DNA from: Octopus sinensis
Lineage: Eukaryota
Direction: 5' to 3'
DNA length: 64,000 bases
NCBI RefSeq assembly: GCF_006345805.1
Contig: NC_042999.1
Location: forward strand, 43,090,001-43,154,000
Position 1 is the first letter of the stretch. The number at the start of each line of letters is the position of its first letter. A program made the position numbers and the translations under genes. This document shows positions 53,820-64,000 of this stretch, in pieces. The notes beneath the pieces were generated by a model. That model was not told the origin of the DNA. It was given only the letters and a program-made list of their open reading frames with translations, and made no database searches.

Positions 53820-54970
53820 TTATTCTTTTATTTGTTTCAGTCATTTGACTGTGGCCATGCTGGAGCACTGCCCTTAGTCAAACAAATTTACCCCAGGGCT
53901 TATTCTTTGTGAGCCTAGTACTTATTCTATCAGTCTCTTTTGCTACACTGCTCATGTACAGGGACATAATACACACCAACATTGGTTGTCAAGTGATGGT
54001 GGGGCGACAAATACAGACATACAAACATACGCACGCATGCGCACACACACACACACTAACAAATCCAACAGGCTTCTTTCAGTTTCCGTCTACCAAATCC
54101 ACTCACAAGGCTTTGGTCGGCCCGAGGCTATAGTAGAAGACACTTGCCCAAGGTGCCATGCAGTGGGACTGAACCCAGAACCATGTGGTTGGTAAGCAAA
54201 CTACAAACCACACAGCCACTCCTGTGGCTATGTTACTGTAACATCTTGTATCTTTCATTTGTTTCAACCATTAGGCTGTGGAGCACTGCCTTGAAGAATT
54301 TTTAGCCTTAAGTATTTTTCATTTATTTAAAGCCTGGTACTAATTCTATTAGGCATACGTAAACACACCATACCAGTTGTCAAGCAATGGAGGGGTCAAA
54401 CAAACACACACACACACAACGGGCCTCTGTCAGTTTCTATCTATCAAATCCACTCACAAAGCTTTCGTTGGCCTGAGGCTATAGTCGAAGGCACTTGCCC
54501 AAGGTGCCATGCAGTAGGACTGAACTGGGAACTACGTGGTTAAGAAAGCAAGCTTCTTACTGTACAGCCATACCTGCATATAAAAATTCAACATATAGGT
54601 GTGAGCATGGCTGTGTGGTAAGAAGCTTGCTTCCCAACTACATGGTTCCGGGTTCAGTCCCACTATGTAGCACCTTGGGCAAGTAATTTCTATTATAGTC
54701 TTGGGCCGATCAAAGCCTTGAGTGGATTTGGTAGACGGAAACTGAAAGAAGCCCGTCGTGTGTGTGTGTGTTTGTCCCCACGTCATTGCTTGACAACTAA
54801 TGCTAGTGTGTTCATGTCCCGGAATTTCAGCGGCTTGGCAAAAGAGAATAATAAAATAAGTACTAGGCTTACAAAGACTAAGCTCTGGGCTTGATTTTTT
54901 TTGACTAAAACCCTTTAAGGCAGTGCTCCAGCATGGTTGCAGTCAAATGACTGAAACAAAGAAAAGAATA
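53820..54970. mobile_element. Three SINE family A copies: minus 53820-54228, minus 54240-54582, plus 54594-54970
   Basis: Direct similarity to the family. Confidence 0.82.
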
Positions 54971-57900
54971 AAAGAAAGGAAAAAAAGAAAAAATAAAATA
55001 AAATAAAAGTAGCTCACACAACTATCTAAAAATAGCTACATGGAATAATATATAAGAAAATAAGATTTAATAAAGGCACTGTACAAAATTAACTATTTAT
55101 TTAAATTTTATTTTCCTTCTTTTCCAAAACATCCAACAGAAAGAACATAATAAAATGCCCATCAGTGAAAACTGGTACTTAGCTTCAAAACCACAACCTT
55201 AATATCAAACTCCCATGTGGCCCTTAACTAAGTGAAAAATCGAATGTGTATTCACACTTCTCCCTGGACTAAAATATTTAAAGTAAAATCAATCAATAAA
55301 TAAATACTTAAAAAGAAAGAAAAATAATTTAAGTAAGTGTATGATAGTTTGCACAGAAAAGAATTCTATATCACAGAACTGACACCTGTCTCAAAGATGA
55401 TGTTAATACAGAGATTAAATCTATTCCAACTGGAAAGCATTCTGCACAGTTTCTGCTTGGCAAGAATTTAACCATCCAACCATTTATTTAACCAAAGCTT
55501 GGTTGGCCTCTGCTACTGCAAGAGGAAGTGGGGGGGGGGGAAGAATTAAAATTAATGAGAATCTAAACGCAAAGCTTTCTTCCAACAAACATAATAATGA
55601 TTACTCCTTCCTCCATCTCCCCTTTCACCATGAAGCCGCAGATACAGCTTCAACCATAAACTAAATAAATCTATTTTAAATGCGCCATCGTTCCTTAACA
55701 ATATTTGTTAGTGATCCATTGTTAAATTTGAAAATACATCAGTTTGCCAAAGAGAGGGGGGAAAAAAATAATAAAAAGAAAAAAAAAGGAAATGTCATTA
55801 TCACGATATAGATTAATTGAATTTTTTGGAGAGAGATATGAACTGAAGAGAAGTAAGAAATGGAGCAATAGAAACTTCAGACAGCATCCAGCAACAATTT
55901 TCCTACAGCTATTGTGCCAAAACCTAGAATATAGAATATATTGCTGTATTGTTATCTCTCTGCATACCAGAGTTATTATTACTGATGTTATTATTATTGT
56001 TGCTTTCTCTCTTATTTCTTTTCTTCCCTATTTTTACAACTGTAAACATGTGGTCCTTATTTTAAAGACAATGGGATATTTCCTGAAGGTGGTTTGGCAA
56101 GCCATAAAGAACAGATTGGTCATCTATGGCTGTAGCCCCTAAACTAATCTGTTCTTCCCAGTGTAGTTACGAATCAGAATAGAAATAACAAATAATCATT
56201 GGTTTCCTACAAATACATGAAAATATCTCAATTCAAAAATAAAACGGGGGGAAAAAATCTGTTTTCTGTTGTAACATAAGAGGGGAAAACGAACTTAAAA
56301 CTAAAATGTACCTTTCTACATGATCATCATATTATACTGGTCCAGGAAACAACAAACATAATGATGTATTTTAAGTCATGTAATAATATAACAGTTGTGA
56401 TATTCTCACGTTAACATAAAACACAGTTCCCCCCCCCCCATCTTTCTTTTATATATTTCAGTCACTTGACTGTGATCATGTTCGAACTCTGGCTTGAAGA
56501 GTTTTTAGTCAAACAGATTGACTTCAATACTTATTTTAAGTCCAGTACTTATTTTATCGATCTCTTTCACTGAACTGCTAAGTTACAGGAACATAAACAA
56601 ACCAACACTGATTACCAAGTGCTAAGAAGTGGAACAAACACAGAAACAAAAATAAAATCACTCTCTCTCTCTTTCACACACACACACGACAGGATTCCGC
56701 ATAGTTTCCTTTTTACCAATTTGACTTACAAGGCATTGGTTACACAATGCATTGGTTACACTTGCCCAAAGTGCCACTAAGTTAGAACTGAATCCAAAAC
56801 TATGGTACTCTTTTTTTTTTGTCTATTGTCTCTTCAAGGCAAAGTTGACCTCAGCAGGATTTGATCTTGGAACACAAAAGACCAGAACAAATACCACAAG
56901 GCAATTTTGCAATCTTTAATTATTCTACCACCTCAAATCTCAGTCATTTATATAGATTAACCTCTAGCTTTATGAGTCTAAGACTCATGCAACAAAAACA
57001 AAAAAGAGTTTCTAAGGTTGCATTATCCTTTCTCTTCTCTCTTTTCTTTCTTTTTTGCCTCCTAATGGTAAGATATGATTTGGGGAAAATTTGGCTGCTG
57101 TTTCTAGCAACTTGAGTGACTACATACAGGTTTCTTTAAACAGTTGAAGATAGAGAGGTATGTAGGTAGGCATAGATAGACTCCAAGTTAGTTTCTTCTA
57201 ACTCAGGTTTCATTTTGATTAACCTGGTTTTTATTTGCGTTACCATTTTAAATGAAGTAGCCATTGCTAAAAACCCCTTCAAACAAGCACAAGAATCACA
57301 CACACACACAAAGACACACCAATCACTTCTTCTTTGTTGCCCTTCCTCTGAATTATCTGAAACCTGGTTTCTTTGAAATGGCAAGTCAATATTACAGATA
57401 CAGTAATGAATAAGATAGTGGAAGACTCCTGAGATGAAATTGGTGCCTAATGTGACCTGACCTTTTAAAGAAAGAAAAAAATACACCTGCTAATAATAGT
57501 TGCATTACATCAAGGATACATAAGAAAATGGAACAACCACAATCACACAACAAAAAGGGGGAAAAAATGTTCAGTATACAACAATAAAGAAAATATTGCA
57601 TCCCAGCAGCCCCAAAACCACAGTACTTGAGTGTTAATTAATGTTAAGCTTAAGATACACTAATTTGATTATCATAGCATTTTATATATTTTATTATATT
57701 TATTTTATTTATTTATTTATCTATTGTTATGTTAACGTTAGTTAGTAGTAGCACAAACTGAAAGAAAGAAAGGCAAGAAAAAAAATTAATGGTGAGCCAT
57801 TATTCTTGGAGTACATTCTGGTCACACGTATATATACAGTGACGCTGACATATAAAAAAAAATAATAAATAAGACAAAGTAGAGAGAAAGAGGAATGTCT

Positions 57901-58054
57901 TTGAAGAATATTCTTCAGAGGTCTCATCTAATCACAACATAATTAATTAATTATACAGGAAGAATAACATTTCTTTGTGTACCTGTGTTAGCAGCAGAAT
58001 GATACATGCTGACATACAATAGACATATAAACACATATGTACACAGGCATATGT

Positions 58055-58129
<75 letters not shown>

Positions 58130-58463
58130 ATATATATACATACATATACACACACCTCCATAAACTCTTCTCTCAAGTTACTGCTGCACATTCGCTAAAT
58201 TAATCTCATTTTACTTTTTTTGCGTGTGTACATGTATGCAACCGTGTATGTATGTCTCTGTCTGTGTGCCTGTTGTTGGGTAACAATCAGAGAAAGAGTA
58301 CTCAAAACAAATGAAGAGTACAGTAGTTTATTTTTGCTAGTCTCAAGTAACAGGACCAATTTCAATATATACATATATGATTCGAATTTACAGTAAACAA
58401 AAGACAAAGACAGATGAGGGAACAACAAGCTACACACACACATACACACACACATATATATAT

Positions 58464-59190
58464 AAGTAGCTTGCTTATGAACCACATGGTTCCAGGTTCA
58501 GTCCCACTGTATGGCACCTTGGCCAAGTGTCTTCTACTATAGCCTCGGGCCGACCAAAATCTTGAGTGGATTTGGTAGATGGAAACTGAAAGAAGCCTGT
58601 CGTATATATGTCTGTATATATATATATATACATATATGTATGTGTATGTATATGTGTCTCTCTTTGTCCCACCGACATCACTTGACAACCGATGCTGATG
58701 TGTTTATGTGCCTGTAACTTAGCGGTTCGGCAAAAGAGACCGATAGAATAAGTACTAGGCTTACAAAGAATAAATCCTGGGGTCGATCTGCTTAACTAAA
58801 GGTGGTGCTCCAGCATGGCCACAGTCAAATGACTGAAACAAGTAAAAGAGTAAAACAGAGTGTATATCTTTTACTTGTTTCAGTCTGTGCTCCATACTGA
58901 GGCACTGCTCTGGAGGGTTTAATCAAACATTGACCCCTGCACTTATTTCTAAGTCTGGAGCTTATACTATTGATCACCACAACCACCACCCCCACTAAGT
59001 TACATGGGTGTAAGCAAACCAACACTGGTTATCAAGCAGTGGTGGGGAACAAACACAAAGATACATATACACACAGATAGGGACAGCAAGAGTCAGACAG
59101 ACAGACACAGGCACACAATTGGTTTCTTTCAATTTCTGTTTACCAAATCCACCCCAGAGCCTAAGGTTCCATACAGTGGGGCTGAAGCAG
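58464..59190. mobile_element. Two SINE family A copies: plus 58464-58860, minus 58865-59190
   Basis: Direct similarity. Further copies lie at ~20070-20430, 30705-31035, 41740-42070, 47575-47775, 49545-49710 and 56450-56810. Confidence 0.8.
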
Positions 59191-60049
59191 AAACACACTC
59201 TCTCTCTCTCTCTCTCTCTCTCATACACACACCTCTGCATTGCAGACAGATACTCTTAAATTTTCAATGACAGTGAGAGCATGCATAAGCAAGAAGAGAG
59301 ACAAATAAATAAATGGTTCCCCAGAATTATTGGGGGATTTGGACAGAGTAAAATAGAGGCAGAGAGAGTGGTGGTGGTGTCAGAAAGACAGTAAAGGGGG
59401 CATAAACACGGGGGGGGGAGTGCGTGTGTTGGAGGGGGAGATATGTAAATAGAAGGGAAAGTGAACGGTAAGGGATGGGGGTGGAAACAAGACAAAAGCA
59501 AACCCCACCACCACCACCACAAAAAAAAAATATTGCAAATCAAGGAAGAAGAAAAATAAGGGGAATTTAAATTGAAAACAGAAAGAGGAGAGGAAGTGAA
59601 AGGAGGTGGGGAAGATGCCAATGCCTCCACACACACACACACTTCACCCCTCCAAATATAAAATCTACCACCCTTTTACCACTCACCCCCATCATCAATG
59701 GCAGCATATCTACACCATTCCACAGAGTAATCTGGTAACAACAACAAAAAGAGAGGAAATAAAACAAAATGGAAATCCATAAAGGCCTCTGTATTGTTGG
59801 AAATTGTGAATCACTTTGAAGAGCAGTTTTATTGATAGCAACACTGCAGTTGTCGCAATGACGATTGCGGCGGCAGCGGAGGTGGTGGTGATGTTGGTGC
59901 ATTTTGAGTGAAGGAGCTATATGTTTAGAACTGGCGGGGTAAGGCAGTACAAGGGGTCGATGGCTTAAATTGTTCTACATTAATCAAGAGATAAAAAAGA
60001 CGTTGTGGTTGTAGTAATTGTCTGGATGGATGGATAGAAAGATAGATAG

Positions 60050-60148
60050 ACAGGTAAGAGACAGATGGGAGAGAGAGAGAAAGAGAGAGAGATTAAAGAC
60101 AGATACATAGACAGATAGGTATATTGAGATAGAGATCAAGAGATGGAC

Positions 60149-60239
<91 letters not shown>

Positions 60240-60286
60240 CTGATTGATAGGTAGACTGATTGATAGGTAGACTGATTGATAGACAG

Positions 60287-60321
<35 letters not shown>

Positions 60322-60407
60322 TTAGATAGAGATACATAGACAGATGGGTATACAGAGATAGAGATCAAGAGATGGACAGATAGATAGATAGACTGATTGA
60401 TAGGCAG

Positions 60408-60486
<79 letters not shown>

Positions 60487-60540
60487 TGATTGATAGATAG
60501 ATAAATAGATAGACAGACGAATAGATGGACAGATAGAACA
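60050..60540. repeat. (GATA)n/(GA)n/(TA)n microsatellite field
   Basis: About 25 GATA units at 60140-60238. A (GACA/GATA)n field lies at 23170-23370, (GA/GT)n at 35160-35343 and (CT)n at 40252-40327. Confidence 0.95.
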
Positions 60541-62109
60541 GAGAGATGGTACAGAATTATTTCAAAACTGCAACCACACCAATATCACCACATCCATCAA
60601 ATGCACTTTTGTTGCAACCACATAGCCAACACCATCCCTTATTGTTGCTGCCACATCAAATAGATGCCAATGTCGAGCATAGCACACTACCACATCTCTG
60701 CCAGCAATAAAACTACCATCACCATCACATCCACCTCTTGTTGCACGACAATGAATCCAAAAGATAAATGAACAACAACCGTCACAGCACACAATCAGTC
60801 ACAGTATGAATGTACGTGTGTGTGTATGTGTGCATGCGTCATGACACAGAATATGAGGGAAGACGGTAGGCCACATACGTGAAGAGCTTTTATATTGACT
60901 CTTGAGGTGGCAAAGGGAGGTTATGAATGGTTTGACATATAGAAGAGGACAGAGAGAGAGAGAGACTGGGTTTATCAAAAGAGAGAGCTAGAGAGATATA
61001 CTGAATCATATATATATATAGAAAGAGAGAGAAAGAGAGCAGTGACTGTTAAGGCTTAATTAAAAGACAGTAAAATGGCAAAACAATTTTTGTTTAGCAT
61101 TCAAAAGAATATTGGCCATTAAAACCTCTCTCTTTTAGCTATCTATCTATCAGTTATTCATGCCTCTGGAACACATATTTATAATTAAAAGGAAATTAAA
61201 TTTCTTTCATTTCTCTTCTCCGTGGGTCTCACCTCACTTCACATACACACTTGTCAGAGAATGGAGAAACATTTTAGTCCCCCACCCTCTCCCTCTCTCA
61301 CCCATACATACTTTCCATTCAGAGATCTTAATGTAAACTCTCTTTCTCTCCCTTCTCCACACTCACAAACTCTAAAGCCCCTCTCTAACAAGTGTGCATA
61401 TCCTAGATATGTATGTACACACATGTACATCCTTAAACTTACCAGACAGAGGTCTTCATGTAAAGTTGCACTCACATTTACATCTGTACTCTTGCTAGAC
61501 AAAGGACTTAAGATAGCCTCATATCCATAGAGGTGCACACATGCACATACGTGCGTGTGTGCGCTCACTCACACTCACAGAGGCCTAAAACTAGTCATCA
61601 ACACCAACTGAGTCATCAAAAATGCCTTAAGTCATCAACGTAAGAGAAATTTTTGTTTTGTTTTATTTTATTTTCTGTTAGTTTTTACACTGCATCCAGT
61701 CCACACTGCAAAGTGGTTGGCATTTGGAAGGTCATCCAGCTGTAAAAACCATGTCAAAACTGACCTCGTCTGTGCTGTTGCCACATAAAAAGCACTCGGT
61801 CCACCCTGTATGGTGGTTGGTGTTAGGAAGGGCATCCAGCCGTAAAAACCATGCTAAAACAAGACGCAGAAGCCTGGTGAAGTCTTCTACTTGGCCAGCT
61901 CCTGTCAAACCATCCAACCCATGCCAGCATGGAAGGTGGACATCAAACGACGATGATGATGATAAACCCATTCAGACAAAATAGGTCTAGCACTGTGCCA
62001 AAAGGTAGAAATCAGAAACAAACTGGGAGTACTTAAGATGTCTCAACAAGAACAAGCTAAAGGGGTTTGTAAGCCAGCACTTAGAGAAGTAAAATCCATG
62101 TGGACCGTT

Positions 62110-62760
62110 GGCTTGGTTGTATCACTTGATGAAAGGGTTCAGTTAAAGAGTACAGGGTTAGGTTTGTATAGGACTTCCGGGGGGAGGGGGAGTAAAAAAC
62201 AGAAGTTATGAGAAGGATGGTCGATGTTTTTCATAAATGGGCAAAGCGGAAGCCTTCTCTGAAAGTTCTAAGTATAAATTGCTCATACCTACACAGATTC
62301 AGTGATGTACAATTGCCTGATTCTCAAGCTTATACCAAGAAATAATTGACCAGATTGCAGTGCATATTCTTTAGCATGTTGCAGAAGAGAGAAGTTCTGG
62401 TGCTCAAGGAATCCATCTGTTGCTAACAGCCACTCCAGGAGGGGGTCTCAGGATGCAATGGGTGGTAATACATAGACACTTACTGTGAGTGATACAGCTG
62501 CGGAGATTTATGGAGTACAATGATAATTGTAAACAGGTCTAGGCACTGCTTGTGTAACAAGTCTTTGTGGTAGTTTGGAGTCAAGCAAAGTTCAAGGTTA
62601 GGCATTTTGACATTTGCAATATAGGCAGGTACTCAGTGCATTCTACATGCTAGCAACTGTGGCTCAGGGAATGATTCTGGGTGATAATGGAAACAGTTTG
62701 AATAGTATCTTTGGGAGGACTTTCAGGATGGGGTGAATTATAGGCAACTTCCAAACATAC
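62110..62760 (+). mobile_element. Decayed L1/Tx1-type LINE fragment (post-RT region)
   Basis: Frame-broken motifs KW.KRKPSLK, LTRLQCIFF, and SICC*QPLQEGGLRMQW (the P..GGLG motif after the RT domain). Confidence 0.65.
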
Positions 62761-64000
62761 TGGGCTTAACAAAGCTACTAGAGGCATTGGCTGTTTGGGA
62801 CAAATTCTTCTAACGCCAATGTACTAGAAACCAAACGAAGCCAATGTGCATGTAATATAATGAAACCATCCTCTGTGTGTACTCCCAAAGAGTCCATACA
62901 TTGCTGAAATGAAATGAACAGTTGTTATTGTATGTAAGATAGATCTGGCTTTCAGCTAAGTTTATTGTGACAACTGTGTTGCCATCTCTCTTTGGCAAGG
63001 AAGGACACAAAGATTTGTAAAATTGTTAGTGTCAGACAAAATGGCATTTTTTTTTTCTAGCTCATTACATTCTGTGTTCAAATCATGGAAAAAGTCAACT
63101 ATATTGTTTTTGTGAGGGATCAAGAAAATAAAGTACCAGTCAAAAAGTATAATTGATTGACCCCATTCTTTACATCCATCTTTACTTTACATTCTGAGAT
63201 CAAATTCCATCAAGGCTGATTTTGTCTTTCATCCTTTCGGCGTCGATAAATTCAGTACCAGTGAAAGACTGGAGTCAATGTAATCAACTAGTCCCTTTCC
63301 AACCTCCACCAAATCCAAGGCGTTATGCCTCTAGTAGAAAGGATTACCGCCGCCATCACCACCACCATCATCATCATCATTAATAGAAAGGTAGTGGAAA
63401 GGCAGAAAAATTGCTTTGTAGTAGTATTTATTTCTACATTCAGAGTTCAAATCCTTCCAAAGGCCAACATTGCTTTCTATCTCACCAGGGTCAATAAAAT
63501 AATGTACCAGTCAACTATTAAATCAAAAACCATTATTATCATTCTTTTACATGAGGTTTTGTTGGAACTCCTGGAGTTTTGCATAAGTAGCAGACTTGCT
63601 ACCTGCAGCCTAGAGCACCATGTTATTTGTTCTCTTCAACTAATACATTCCTGACGATTCTGATTGTGCCAAGGAAGCAAGCTTTTTGTTGCAACTCTAC
63701 TGAGACATTCTAATCACATTTCCTTTATATTCCTCTCAATACCCTTTTAGATGATATTATTATTATTATTATTATTATTATTAAGACAGTGAGCTGGTAC
63801 AATCATTACTGCACTGGGCAAAAAGCTATACGTTCTGAGTTCAAATTCCTTTCGGGGTCAATAAATTAGGTACCAGTTGAGTACTGGGGTCAATATAATC
63901 AAGTCAATATACTCCCTCCCCGAAATTTCAAGCCTTGTGCCTATAATAGAAAGGATGATTATCCTCACCATCATCATTAGGACACATGGCATAGTGGTTA

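Overview
This is AT-rich, microsatellite-dense animal genomic DNA, most likely from an octopus or other coleoid cephalopod. That assignment is inferred from the SINE families and the FoxN2/3 exon and was not checked against a database. Two protein-coding signals are supportable. The first is one internal exon of the forkhead gene FoxN2/3 on the minus strand (48082-48233). The second is an intact single-exon 486-aa ORF on the plus strand (36502-37962) encoding an unrecognised protein with an acidic tract and a Trp-rich 48-aa internal repeat. The ORF lies in a CpG-retaining interval (~34-41.5 kb) and may be nested antisense in a FoxN2/3 intron. The rest is largely mobile DNA: at least four tRNA-headed or (GAT)n-tailed SINE families, RTE and L1/Tx1 LINE fragments, DD34D, DD34E and DD37D-type Tc1/mariner remnants, Tc2-, hAT- and piggyBac-type MITEs, two non-autonomous Helitrons, and short elements carrying degenerate type I hammerhead-ribozyme motifs. 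Almost all other ORFs in the supplied track are microsatellite or SINE artefacts. Repeat boundaries were read by eye and are approximate unless a TSD is quoted.
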